Shown: piece after piece, positions 9,173 to 18,705 of the stretch
Numbering within the stretch: the first letter of the stretch is position 1
How the letters are laid out: the number at the start of each line of letters is the position of its first letter
Origin: Candidatus Sulfomarinibacteraceae bacterium
Lineage (GTDB): Bacteria > Acidobacteriota > Thermoanaerobaculia > Thermoanaerobaculales > Sulfomarinibacteraceae
Direction of reading: 5' to 3'
Assembly (NCBI GenBank): GCA_041552055.1
Contig: JBFELO010000007.1
Coordinates: 564 to 64,563, forward strand
DNA length: 64,000 bases
The notes under the pieces: model-generated
Seen by the model: the letters and a program-made list of their open reading frames with translations, nothing else
Told to the model about the DNA's origin: nothing
The model's database searches: none
Made by a program: the position numbers and the translations under genes

Positions 9173-10639
9173 ATGTGTGGCATCGTGGGATCGGTCAGTG
9201 GCGGCGGTCGCCCGGTGGTTCGTGACCTCGGCAACGGGGCGCACTTTCTGCAGCACCGCGGACAGGCGTACGCCGGGATGTTCGTGTGGGATCCCGTCCA
9301 CCGCACGGCCTCTCTCGAAAAAGGTGAGGGCCTGGCCGATGACATTTTCAAGCCCCTCGGCCAGATTCGAGGCGACATCGGGATCGCTCACACACGGTAC
9401 AAGACCCACGGCAGAGGGGGTGTGGTCAACGCGCAACCGTTTTACGATCCGTTCACCGGAATCGCCCTGGCACACAACGGCCACATCACCAACGTGCAGC
9501 AGATCACCCAGGAGCTCGAGGCGCGGGGACAGGCGCTGGCGAACCACTGCGACGCAGAGCCGTTGCTGCGCGTCCTGGCCCTGTGGTTCGAGAGATTCCG
9601 GTCGGAGGATCCTGCCGGCCGAGAACAAGACCACATGTTCTGCGCGATCTCCGAGCTGCAGAAAAGGGTCACGGGGGCGTACTCGGCGGTCGCCGTGACC
9701 CCCGCCGGGATGTATGCCTTTCGGGATCCCCACGGCTTCCGTCCGATGGTGCTGGGCCGGCGGGCAGACCCTCCGTCAGTGATGATAGCGTCTGAAACCC
9801 TGGCTCTCGAGCAGAATGCCTACCTGGTGGGCGACGAAATCCCGCATGGAGCGGCGCTGTTCGTGGACCGGGCGCTCGAGGTGGACAGCCGTGTTCTGAT
9901 GCAGCGCGAGGCCCGCCCCTGCGCCTTCGAGCTGATCTACTTCGCCGACGTCGAGTCGTCGATGATGGGAGATCGGAACCGGTCTCACCGTTGGCGGGCG
10001 GGTCGCGCGTTGGCCCTCCACGTGAAGGAGACCGCACCCGAGATCGTGTCGGAGATCGACCTCGTCGTCCCGATCCCGCACTCGCCCATTCCCGGGGCGG
10101 AGGCGTTCGCACGGAAGCTCGAGAAGGACGTCTCCTCGGCGGCCCTCCAGTATGCGACCCCGGTGTCGAAGTACCGCTACGGGGGCAGGATCTTCATGGA
10201 GGAAAGCCAGGAGGCACGCAACCGGGCCGCGATACTCGATTTTCGGGTCGACGACAAGGCCGTGGCCGGCCGAAACATCTTTCTGGTCGACGACAGCATC
10301 GTACGGGGCACCAACGCACACCGCATCGTGCGTGCCTTTCGCTCCGCCGGGGCCGGCAAGGTCTACTTCGGGACCCTGTGGCCGATGGTCATCGACTCCT
10401 GCTTCCAGGGCATCAACACCCCCACCCAGAAAGAGCTGATCGGTGCCCGCTTCAATCGCGACAGCGCCGAGGTCGGGTTGGAGCTCGGAGTCGACGCGCT
10501 GTTCTACCTTCCGATCGAGGCATTCCAGGATCTGGTGCTGAAGGGCGCGCCCGCGTGTATGTCATGCACGACCGGCCGGCGCGCCGTCAAGTTCGAGCAC
10601 GCCGGGGAAGTCCTTCCCCCACCCGCCGTCGCGGTGTAG
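9173..10639 (+). CDS. purF: Amidophosphoribosyltransferase (PurF) family, divergent
   Basis: MCGIVG N-terminal Cys, LQHRGQ, HTRY, NAQPF, HNG, RDPHGFRP, CAFELIYF, VDDSIVRGT PRPP loop, C-terminal CMSC. Confidence 0.8.
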   Translation: MCGIVGSVSGGGRPVVRDLGNGAHFLQHRGQAYAGMFVWDPVHRTASLEKGEGLADDIFKPLGQIRGDIGIAHTRYKTHGRGGVVNAQPFYDPFTGIALAHNGHITNVQQITQELEARGQALANHCDAEPLLRVLALWFERFRSEDPAGREQDHMFCAISELQKRVTGAYSAVAVTPAGMYAFRDPHGFRPMVLGRRADPPSVMIASETLALEQNAYLVGDEIPHGAALFVDRALEVDSRVLMQREARPCAFELIYFADVESSMMGDRNRSHRWRAGRALALHVKETAPEIVSEIDLVVPIPHSPIPGAEAFARKLEKDVSSAALQYATPVSKYRYGGRIFMEESQEARNRAAILDFRVDDKAVAGRNIFLVDDSIVRGTNAHRIVRAFRSAGAGKVYFGTLWPMVIDSCFQGINTPTQKELIGARFNRDSAEVGLELGVDALFYLPIEAFQDLVLKGAPACMSCTTGRRAVKFEHAGEVLPPPAVAV

Positions 10640-10721
10640 ATGCTGGATCCTGGATGCTGGGTCCCCCTCCCGTCCGACTCGGGACTTGCGGCCCTGAGGC
10701 CCTGAGGCCTTGGGGCCCTGG
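10638..10721 (+). repeat. Heptamer repeat (GATGCTG) with C-tract, then an octamer repeat (GGCCCTGA)
   Basis: agatgctggatcctggatgctgggtccccctcccgtccg; ggccctgaggccctgaggccttggggccctgg. Confidence 0.7.
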
Positions 10722-10802
10722 CGCCGTTGGGTTCCGCCAACCAACAGGAGTGCGCTGGTCATCGTCGTCATCGGTCGTCGACGTCTCGTTCCTCCCGACC
10801 GT

Positions 10803-10978
10803 CTGACACCCGACGCGCCCTCTCCACGGCGCGCTCCCCGCGGGTGCCCCCTTAGACAATGTTGGGACCGAGCGAGCCGCACCACCCCGGTGGCGGTGCT
10901 CCCAACATTGTCAAAGACGGCACGCCCGCACGAGACGCTGTCGTCGGCCTGGCAATTGCTTTGACCGCCTGACACTCG
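10803..10978 (-). repeat. ~170 bp structured dispersed element, copy 1
   Basis: Core IR GACAATGTTGGGA...TCCCAACATTGTC; its reverse complement aligns with 60842-61007; bounded by CTGACACYCG direct repeats. Confidence 0.8.
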
Positions 10979-10987
10979 AATGGGATT

Positions 10988-11968
10988 TCAGCCGGCGTCC
11001 AGGCCGAGCACCTCCCGGCAGGCCCGCAGGACCTGGTCGTGAATGCGCCCGTTGGTGGCCACGATGCCGTGGTGTCGGCCCAGGTGCCGGCCCTCCGAGA
11101 AATCGAGCGGCGCGCCCCCGAGATCCGACACACGCCCCCCGGCCTCCTCGATGATGATCGAGCCGGCCGCGTGGTCCCACACCTTCTCCCGGTAGTCCCG
11201 CTTTCTCGGCAGGCGGAGGTAGATCGAAGCATCGCCGCGGGCGACGATCGCGTACTTGCACTGGCTGTCGATGCGCACCGACGGACGAGAGATACCGAGT
11301 CGTGCCGCGATCGCGGCCTGGTCAGAGTGGGCGGCATGGGCCGCCTCCACGGATTCGCAGAACACGGCATCGGCGGGGTCGGCCACGTCGTCGACCGTGA
11401 CCGGTGACTCGGTGGTGTCGTCGCGCGAGCGGACGGTGGCGCCGGCCCCGCGCCGTGCCGCGAAGATGCAACCGATCCCACCGCCATCGTTCGGCAGGTT
11501 GGGGCATCCGAGGAGCCCAACCTCGACCGCACCGTTGACGACCATCGCCAGCGCCACGGCATACTGCTCCCCGCGAAGAAAGCCCTTTGTGCCGTCCACG
11601 GGATCGAGCACCCAGCACCGCTCGCGCTCGCTCGATACGTGTCGACCGTGGTCCAGCGCCGTCACGACGTCGCCAATCGACAGGTCTGACACGCTGTGCC
11701 GGGCCAGCTCGAGAACGCTGTCCGCCAAAGCCGGCTCGCGGATGATGATCTCCGACTCCTCTTCAGCCACGAGCGCGTCCCCGGGGTATCTGGCGGCCAG
11801 TCTGTGGGCGATGACCGCCTGGATGGCCAGATCTGCGATCGTGACCGGCGAGCGGTCGTCCTTGGCGACCGATCGGCCGCCGCCCGCGACGTCCGCCTGG
11901 ACCCGCTGTCCGAGTCGGCATGCGTCGGCGACGAGCTCTAGCGCGAAATTGTGTTCGGATTGGTACAT
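10988..11968 (-). CDS. 3'(2'),5'-bisphosphate nucleotidase (HAL2 family, inositol monophosphatase superfamily)
   Basis: KDDRSPVTIAD, AEE, WVLDPVDGTKGFLRGEQYAVALA, IDSQCKY, EKVWDHAAG; SD GGAGAGGA. Confidence 0.92.
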   Translation of the reverse strand: MYQSEHNFALELVADACRLGQRVQADVAGGGRSVAKDDRSPVTIADLAIQAVIAHRLAARYPGDALVAEEESEIIIREPALADSVLELARHSVSDLSIGDVVTALDHGRHVSSERERCWVLDPVDGTKGFLRGEQYAVALAMVVNGAVEVGLLGCPNLPNDGGGIGCIFAARRGAGATVRSRDDTTESPVTVDDVADPADAVFCESVEAAHAAHSDQAAIAARLGISRPSVRIDSQCKYAIVARGDASIYLRLPRKRDYREKVWDHAAGSIIIEEAGGRVSDLGGAPLDFSEGRHLGRHHGIVATNGRIHDQVLRACREVLGLDAG

Positions 11969-12108
11969 ATCGTCCTCTCCGGAGCGGAGAGTGTAACCCA
12001 AGCCGTCGACTGGAGGCACAGCGCGCCCACGATAGATTGCCGGTGAGGACGGTTGCGGACTTTGATGTTCCCTTCGAACAGGCTGTGATCGCGTGTATGG
12101 TTTCAGTG

Positions 12109-12774
12109 ATGAGCTCCGACGCCTCGACACCTCCCTTTGACTGGCGGGTCTTCTCCGACGCGACTCTGGCCGGGCTCTCCGCGTTGATCCCGATTCCCAT
12201 CGTAGATCTGGTGTTCGAGGGGATCTTCCGACGTCGTATGCCGGGGGCGATCGCGGAGACCCGCGGGCGGCGGCTGGAGCGCTGGGATCGGATCCGGCTG
12301 GGGCGCGGGCACGGTCGACTGGTGTCGGTGGCGGGTTGCCTCGCGATCCCCGTGGGTGTCGTTCGATACATCATCAAGAAGCTGTGGCGGAAGATCATCT
12401 ACGTGTTCGCCGTGGCCGATGCTGCCAACCAGACCAGCGAGTACTGGCACCGGGCCTACCTGCTCGACCACGTGATCTCGGCCGGCCACCTGGAACCCGG
12501 GGCCGACTCGGATCGCGCAATTGCAGTGTTCATGCAGGTCCTGCGCGACGTGGACACAGGTGCCCTGGCAATCCTCGCGAAAGAGGTCATTGCCGGAACC
12601 ACGCGCCTGCTGCGCCTCCTCGTGAGAGCCCGCCGACACGGCTCCGTGGAGCAGACCGACTCGATCAGAGACATCTTCCGAGACCACTGGGCCTCCGCCG
12701 AGCTGACGCTGCGAGGGACTGCGGCGCGCTACAACGAACTCTACATGACCTGGCCGGGCCGGGACTCGGATTGA
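12109..12774 (+). CDS. Hypothetical membrane-associated protein
   Basis: Open frame with LSALIPIPIVDL and a hydrophobic segment; -10-like TATGGT 7 nt before the ATG. Confidence 0.6.
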   Translation: MSSDASTPPFDWRVFSDATLAGLSALIPIPIVDLVFEGIFRRRMPGAIAETRGRRLERWDRIRLGRGHGRLVSVAGCLAIPVGVVRYIIKKLWRKIIYVFAVADAANQTSEYWHRAYLLDHVISAGHLEPGADSDRAIAVFMQVLRDVDTGALAILAKEVIAGTTRLLRLLVRARRHGSVEQTDSIRDIFRDHWASAELTLRGTAARYNELYMTWPGRDSD

Positions 12775-12800
12775 GGCTGCGGGCTCGTCCGGGAGAGCGT

Positions 12801-14183
12801 CTACTGGAGGTATCCGAGGGCACGCAGACGCTCCTCGGTTTTCTGACCCGCATCCAGCGCCTTGGCGCCTCCGACCCCGCCCTCGGTAAGCTCCAGCCAA
12901 CGGATTAACCGTGGTTCGAGGTCGAGCGCCGCCGGATGCTCCGGGCCATAGAGATCGCGATGCTCGAGCGGGTCCGCGTGGAGGTCGAACAACTGTGGTT
13001 CGACGATCTTGGCGTCCAGCAGGAGCTTGTGCTTTCCGTCGTCTATGCTGCGCCACTTCCCCTGGTTGCTGAATGCGACCCGTGGACCCTGGTCGCCGCT
13101 GGAGATCAGATCCCTGAGTGACGCCCCGTTCGAGCGCAGATTCGGCTCGACGATTTCGAGGTAGTCCAGGATCGTCGGCACGACGTCGAGGTTCTGCACC
13201 GCTGACGCGATCCGGCGACCGCCTTCGACCCCCGGGATCCTGACGATCAGCGGTACCCGGGTCGACGTGTCGTATAGCACCCTGCAGTGCTTGACGTGCT
13301 CGCCGTGTTCCATGAACTCCTCGCCGTGATCGGACGCGAGGACGATCGTGGTGGCTGCGGTGAGACCGAGATCGTCGAGGGCTTGCAGGAATCCATTGAA
13401 CTGGCCGTCGAAGTAGCGGATTTCGTCGTCGTAGAGGTCGAGAAGGTGCCGGATGTCGCGCTTCGAGTACGCCACGTCGGGACCGTCGCCGTACACCATG
13501 TCCGCGATCGGATTGGGATTGCCGTCGCGTACGAAATCCGGCCCGTCGTGGGTCTCGGCGAACACCGCCGGCACGTTTCGTGGTGTCCGGTAGGGGTCGT
13601 GTGGGTCCATGTAATGCAGGTACAGGAAGAACGGTCGACGGGCCTTGCGCAGCCATTGGAGCGCGCGGTTGTTGACACACTCGGCCTCGCGGAACAGGCA
13701 GGACTCGTCGAATACGGCGAATCCTCGACCGTAACCGCCGTCCGGGTTCTCTTTGGACGGGTGTGCTCGAACGATCGGGCTGGCAGAGAACGCCGCCGTT
13801 GAGTACCCGTGGTCACGCAGGATCTCGGCCAGCGAGACGGTTTCTTCTGGTATGCCCAAGAATCCGTCGGGTTGGAAGAGGAAAACTGCAGGGTGGCGAG
13901 AGGTGAGCAGCGAGTTCACCGAAGGAAAGGTGCACGACGCCTGACTTCGCGCACGCTCGAAGAGCACCGACTGGGAGGCGAACCGGTCGATGTTGGGTGT
14001 GGTGTCGCGACGGTATCCATAGCAGCCCATGTGGTCGGCCCTGAGGGTGTCCACCAGTGCGATGATCACGTTGGGCGACGGGTCGACCTCGATCGGATGG
14101 CTTCGCGCGCATCCCATCCCCCATGCCGTAGCGGCGAGCGGAACAAGCACCCAGAGAGCGAGGCTGTTGGTCTGACGTGTCAT
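12801..14183 (-). CDS. Sulfatase-like hydrolase/transferase (alkaline phosphatase superfamily), probable lipoprotein
   Basis: VDTLRADH, ASCTFPS, HYMDPHDPY, YDDEI, SDHGEE, C-terminal ERLRALGYL; signal ending MGC. Confidence 0.88.
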   Translation of the reverse strand: MTRQTNSLALWVLVPLAATAWGMGCARSHPIEVDPSPNVIIALVDTLRADHMGCYGYRRDTTPNIDRFASQSVLFERARSQASCTFPSVNSLLTSRHPAVFLFQPDGFLGIPEETVSLAEILRDHGYSTAAFSASPIVRAHPSKENPDGGYGRGFAVFDESCLFREAECVNNRALQWLRKARRPFFLYLHYMDPHDPYRTPRNVPAVFAETHDGPDFVRDGNPNPIADMVYGDGPDVAYSKRDIRHLLDLYDDEIRYFDGQFNGFLQALDDLGLTAATTIVLASDHGEEFMEHGEHVKHCRVLYDTSTRVPLIVRIPGVEGGRRIASAVQNLDVVPTILDYLEIVEPNLRSNGASLRDLISSGDQGPRVAFSNQGKWRSIDDGKHKLLLDAKIVEPQLFDLHADPLEHRDLYGPEHPAALDLEPRLIRWLELTEGGVGGAKALDAGQKTEERLRALGYLQ

Positions 14184-14284
14184 CGTTCAACGGCGCCCGA
14201 CAGGTGAGCGCGCACCCCGGATGATACCTCGGAGCGACGATTGCACGTTGATGTCGGCCGGCGCCGTGGTTATGATCCCGGGCG

Positions 14285-16528
14285 ATGAAGGGATCGAGGG
14301 ATGACCGCGTGGGAGTCGAGCGGCTCGGGCTCGCCGGCTGGACCGTCGTCGCACTGATCGCGGTGCTCATGTCGTGGGCGTGTCAGGACACGTCACGATC
14401 CACCCGGATTCGGGGGACCCACGATGACCTTCGCTTTCTCGAGGGCCTGATGGTGACCGACGACCACGTGACGGTCGCGCCCGACCACTATTGGGGCAGG
14501 CACCGCGATGCACGCCACTGGTCGTTCCGAAACTCGGCCAGCCTGGCCGTGATGGTGCACCGTACACCCCCTGAAGACATCTCGTTCTGGTTCGTGCCCG
14601 ATCAGGACACGGCCAGGTTTCACTTTCTGGCACTCTGGGATGACCAACCGCTGCACGATCGACCCGCGCGGCCGGCCGCCGCCGGCACCTCGCTGAAGAT
14701 TCCGAAGCGGGAGCTGAAGCCGGGATTGCACCTGCTGACCTTGAAACGGGCGAAACACCTCGACGCGGCCCCGGACCGCGCATTGCACGACAACGGATTT
14801 CGCGAGGTCGGCTGGTCGCAGGGTGATGAGCGCGAGTTGCTGCGCCTGGCGGACCGTGATCGCCTGCGATTCGTGGCGGACTTTGTCGGACGGGGATTGG
14901 CGGGCTCCTCCAAGCTGCAGACGTCGGGGTGTCTGTTCGCCGGCAGCCGGTCGCTGGCGGCCGATCTCGTGACCGATGCGTCCGCGACCATGATGTTCAT
15001 GACCGAGAACGCGTCGTCGGCTCCGGCGACCTTCACCGCGTCGGTAGGCGACGAGGCCCGGTCCGTCGTGGTCGCCGAGGGGTCGCGCGGAGAACTCGAG
15101 ATTCCCGTGCCCACTGGCGGTGGCCGTGTTTTGCTGGCGGTCGACGGTTCCGACGATGGCCTCTTTCTCTGGGGCGCGCCGTTTCTCCGCCGGTCCGAGC
15201 CACGGTCGATGGGACCCGTGGTGCTCATCACCCTCGACACGACACGGCGCGACGTGCTGTCGCCGTACGGTGGTGATCCGGGGGCGAGCCCGTACCTCGC
15301 CGCATTCGCGCGTGGGGCGACCGTCTTCGACGCGGCCTTTGCCACGTCGCCGTGGACTCTGCCGTCTCACGCATCGATCTTCACCGGCCTCTACCCGTCG
15401 CATCACGGCGCGGGCGTGTCGGAGGATCACCTTCCGGCCCGTTTCGAAACTGTGGCGGAGGTCCTGCGGCGTCGCGGCTACTTGACCGCGGGGTTCGCCG
15501 GTGGCGAGATGTGCTCGACCAGATGGGGCGTCGGCCAAGGTTTCAGCCTGTACCGCAACCCGGATGGGTTCGAGACGCGGGGGGATCGCCTCACGGATCG
15601 AGCCCTCGAGTTTCTGGAGCGTCATCACGCCGACCCGTTCTTTCTGTTCGTCAACTACTTCGATCCCCACGCGCTGTACGAGGCACCGACGCCGTACCAG
15701 GATCGGTTCGGCGTGGAACCGCTTCGAGCGTCACTCGATGGTGAGCCTGTGTGGGGCGAACTCGCGGGAGGCAGCATCGCTGCGTGGCGGGCGGTCGTAT
15801 CGGGCGAGGCGGCAAACCTGAGCCAGGGCGTCGACTTCTTGACCGCCGCCTACAGGGCCGAGGTGGCATTCATGGATGCGGAGTTCGGGCGACTGGTCGA
15901 TGGGCTCCGGCGGCACGGCGTGTACGATTCCTCCCTGATCGTCGTGGTGTCCGACCACGGAGAGCTGCTCGGGGAGGGGGGCTTTTTCGGCCACTGCTGC
16001 CGGCTCGATCCGGAGCTCGTCGAGGTGCCCCTCCTCGTCAAGTGGCCCGGGCAACGTCGATCGCGGAGGGTCGCGGAGCTGGTGTCCCAGGTCGATCTGT
16101 TCGGCACCTTGTTGGGCAGCGCAGAGGCGCCGCGCGTCGACGGCCTCCCCTTGATCGATGGGGCGAGCGATGCCCATCGCGTCCGTCGGACGGTCTTCCT
16201 GGAGGAGCACGAGAGCCGCATCCATCCGCTGCACGAGAACATGTTGATCTCTCGCCATCTCTTCGGACTGCAGCAGCTGACGACCAGGGAGGTCGTGTGG
16301 GACGGCGGTAACGACTGTTCGGAGCGACTTGATGAGCAGTGGCGGGCCGCACCGTGCTCCGTCTCATGGCAGGAACGGATGGCCCAGCTCCGCGAGATCG
16401 CGGCGCTGCCACTCGGCGAGATCACCAGCGGTGAGGCTGGCGTCCTGAGCCCCGAGGAACGGGCAGGACTGGAAGCGTTGGGATACGTGCGCCCCGAGGA
16501 CGAAGGCAGCACCGCCACAGACCAATGA
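14285..16528 (+). CDS. Sulfatase-like hydrolase/transferase with N-terminal beta domains
   Basis: LDTTRRD, SPWTLPSHASIFTG, NYFDPH, SDHGE, LEALGYV; signal ending SWAC. Confidence 0.88.
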   Translation: MKGSRDDRVGVERLGLAGWTVVALIAVLMSWACQDTSRSTRIRGTHDDLRFLEGLMVTDDHVTVAPDHYWGRHRDARHWSFRNSASLAVMVHRTPPEDISFWFVPDQDTARFHFLALWDDQPLHDRPARPAAAGTSLKIPKRELKPGLHLLTLKRAKHLDAAPDRALHDNGFREVGWSQGDERELLRLADRDRLRFVADFVGRGLAGSSKLQTSGCLFAGSRSLAADLVTDASATMMFMTENASSAPATFTASVGDEARSVVVAEGSRGELEIPVPTGGGRVLLAVDGSDDGLFLWGAPFLRRSEPRSMGPVVLITLDTTRRDVLSPYGGDPGASPYLAAFARGATVFDAAFATSPWTLPSHASIFTGLYPSHHGAGVSEDHLPARFETVAEVLRRRGYLTAGFAGGEMCSTRWGVGQGFSLYRNPDGFETRGDRLTDRALEFLERHHADPFFLFVNYFDPHALYEAPTPYQDRFGVEPLRASLDGEPVWGELAGGSIAAWRAVVSGEAANLSQGVDFLTAAYRAEVAFMDAEFGRLVDGLRRHGVYDSSLIVVVSDHGELLGEGGFFGHCCRLDPELVEVPLLVKWPGQRRSRRVAELVSQVDLFGTLLGSAEAPRVDGLPLIDGASDAHRVRRTVFLEEHESRIHPLHENMLISRHLFGLQQLTTREVVWDGGNDCSERLDEQWRAAPCSVSWQERMAQLREIAALPLGEITSGEAGVLSPEERAGLEALGYVRPEDEGSTATDQ

Positions 16529-16559
16529 GCAACGGTCGGCGATCCGATTCCTGCACCAC

Positions 16560-17624
16560 TCAGGGCTGGGTCACGGGGACGATCGCCTGATCAACGAGGT
16601 GGCGTGTGATCAGTTCTGCTGCCAACCGGTTTCCGGCGAGATTCCAGTGGGTGTCACGGGGCTTGTACAGACGGGCATCGCCTGCCGCCTCGCGGAACGG
16701 CGGGTACAGGTCGAGCACGTCGACCTCGAGCTCCGTGAGACGTCGGTAAAGCATGCGGTTTGGGCGCTCGAAGTCGGTGTTGTCACGCCGGAACCGCTTG
16801 AATGCGTCCATCAACGCTCGTTGCAGCGCAGGATCGAGCTGGATCTCCTCGGGAATCAGCACCACAGACAGTGCGATTCCCCGCCCTGCGCACACGCGCT
16901 CGATGTCCTGCAAGGACTCGACGGTCCGGTCGAGAAGCTCCGCGAACGGCTGCCAGTCCGTGCGAAAAACGACCGCCCGCCGCGCGACGAGCTTCAGAAA
17001 CGTCTGTTGGCTGAATGTCGGGGAGTCGTCATCGTACGGCCTCGATCCGTACACCTGTCCGGACTCGAGGCTGGGGCGCACCACGGTTGCGTAGCGCAGG
17101 AGCGACATCACGAACGATCGATCGACCGGGGTCCTGCGTCTCGTCATGGACCGAGACACGTCGAGGAAATCGTTGCCGACGAAGAACGACACGAGCACCA
17201 GATCGGGGTCGTAGGCCAACCCCTCCTTCAGGAGCAACGAGAGCTGTTCGACTGGACCGGTGCGAGGGATTCCCATGTTGAGGACGTCCACCGGTGGGTG
17301 GTCGCGGTCGAGGGTCTCCTCCAGCAGCGTCAGGTAGTTGTGGGGGTAGGGCACGATGCCGAACGTGAACGAGTCCCCTAGAGCGACGATCCGGAAGCGG
17401 TCCCCTTTGTCGCGCTCGAAGGGGCGGTCGTTGAACCCGAGATCGTTGAGCGGGTGGCCGCGGAAGTTGGATCCGGGTTTGCCGCGGAACCTGTCGAAGG
17501 TCGCGTCGTAGAAGATGAATGTCGGGTGCACACGGTGGACGAGCCGAAGCACGATCTCTCCGAGCACGAAAGAGATCGCGAGGATGAGCAGAAAGCCGCT
17601 CACTCGGCGCAGATTGGATCTCAT
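16560..17624 (-). CDS. SGNH/GDSL hydrolase-like (AlgX/AlgJ-like) membrane-anchored protein
   Basis: LGDSFTFG, FFVGND, DTHWN catalytic motifs; N-terminal TM ending LGEIVLR. Confidence 0.85.
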   Translation of the reverse strand: MRSNLRRVSGFLLILAISFVLGEIVLRLVHRVHPTFIFYDATFDRFRGKPGSNFRGHPLNDLGFNDRPFERDKGDRFRIVALGDSFTFGIVPYPHNYLTLLEETLDRDHPPVDVLNMGIPRTGPVEQLSLLLKEGLAYDPDLVLVSFFVGNDFLDVSRSMTRRRTPVDRSFVMSLLRYATVVRPSLESGQVYGSRPYDDDSPTFSQQTFLKLVARRAVVFRTDWQPFAELLDRTVESLQDIERVCAGRGIALSVVLIPEEIQLDPALQRALMDAFKRFRRDNTDFERPNRMLYRRLTELEVDVLDLYPPFREAAGDARLYKPRDTHWNLAGNRLAAELITRHLVDQAIVPVTQP

Positions 17625-17757
17625 GGATGGTCGACCGATGCTCAATGCGTACCCTTCTCTCGACGCCCCCTGCTCTCGGCCGAAGTCGATGAGCCGGCGT
17701 CTGCGCCGGATCGCGATTATAGCGGCGGGGGGAGCACCCACATCGTATAATCGAGCA

Positions 17758-18705
17758 ATGCTCAAGAACACCGATGCGTTGTTCGATGACGGTTCGTGGC
17801 TGCTGCTGCTGACGGTCGTGGCCGCCTTAGGTATAGCCGCCTGTCAGGGCAGCCGACCGAACGGCGACGCGCTGGGCAAGCTCCGGGGCGAGCTGCCCGA
17901 CTCTGTTGCGGGTTGGACCGCCGAGGGTGAGGGCACGGTCTACGACACCGAATCGATCTACTCGTACATCGACGGCCACGCCGAGGTCTACCTGGCGTAT
18001 GACATGCGTCGGTGTTTGGCGCGCAGGTACCGCGGCCCGGGAGCCGAGGTCGGCATCTCCGTCGATGTTTTCGAGATGTCGACGCCCGCAGACGCCTTCG
18101 GCGTGTTCACCCACGATCGGGACGGCGACCCGGTCGCGATCGGCATGGACGGCCTGTTTCGTTACGGGTGGCTGTCGTTCTGGAAGGGACCGTTCTTCGT
18201 GTCGGTGTACGCCGAGGAGGACAGCGAGGCATCCCGGGCGGCGGTGCTCGAATTGGGGAATGCGGTGGCCGGAGCGATTCAGTCGGCCGGCGAGCGCCCG
18301 TCGATCGTCCAGGCGTTGCCGACGAATGGTCTCGATCCAAGCTCGGTGCGTTTCCTGCACAGCCACCAGATCCTCAACAGCCATTTGTGGCTGAGCGATG
18401 ACGACGTGTTCCAGCTGACTCGCGACACGCCGGCAGCGCTCGGGCGCTACCGGCGGGAAGGCGCTGCCGCGTATCTGCTCATCGTCGACTACCCGGACGC
18501 CAGCCGTCTCGACACGGCGAGGCGGACTTTCGCAGAGGAATTCCTGAACGGCTCGGCCGAGGCCGGCCCGGCCCGGCAGGACGACGACGGTTGGTTCGCG
18601 GTGGCGGTGGAAGGCAGGCGGCTGGCCGGGGTACTGGCGGCCGAGTCTCCAAACGTGGCCGCAGCGCTGTTGCAGGATGCAATCGAGGGGAGAAAGCATG
18701 ACTGA
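17758..18705 (+). CDS. DUF6599-type lipoprotein
   Basis: Lipobox IAAC; IYSYIDGHAEVYLAY, VDVFEM...AFGVF, FWKGPFFV; TATAAT 6 nt before the ATG. Confidence 0.75.
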   Translation: MLKNTDALFDDGSWLLLLTVVAALGIAACQGSRPNGDALGKLRGELPDSVAGWTAEGEGTVYDTESIYSYIDGHAEVYLAYDMRRCLARRYRGPGAEVGISVDVFEMSTPADAFGVFTHDRDGDPVAIGMDGLFRYGWLSFWKGPFFVSVYAEEDSEASRAAVLELGNAVAGAIQSAGERPSIVQALPTNGLDPSSVRFLHSHQILNSHLWLSDDDVFQLTRDTPAALGRYRREGAAAYLLIVDYPDASRLDTARRTFAEEFLNGSAEAGPARQDDDGWFAVAVEGRRLAGVLAAESPNVAAALLQDAIEGRKHD

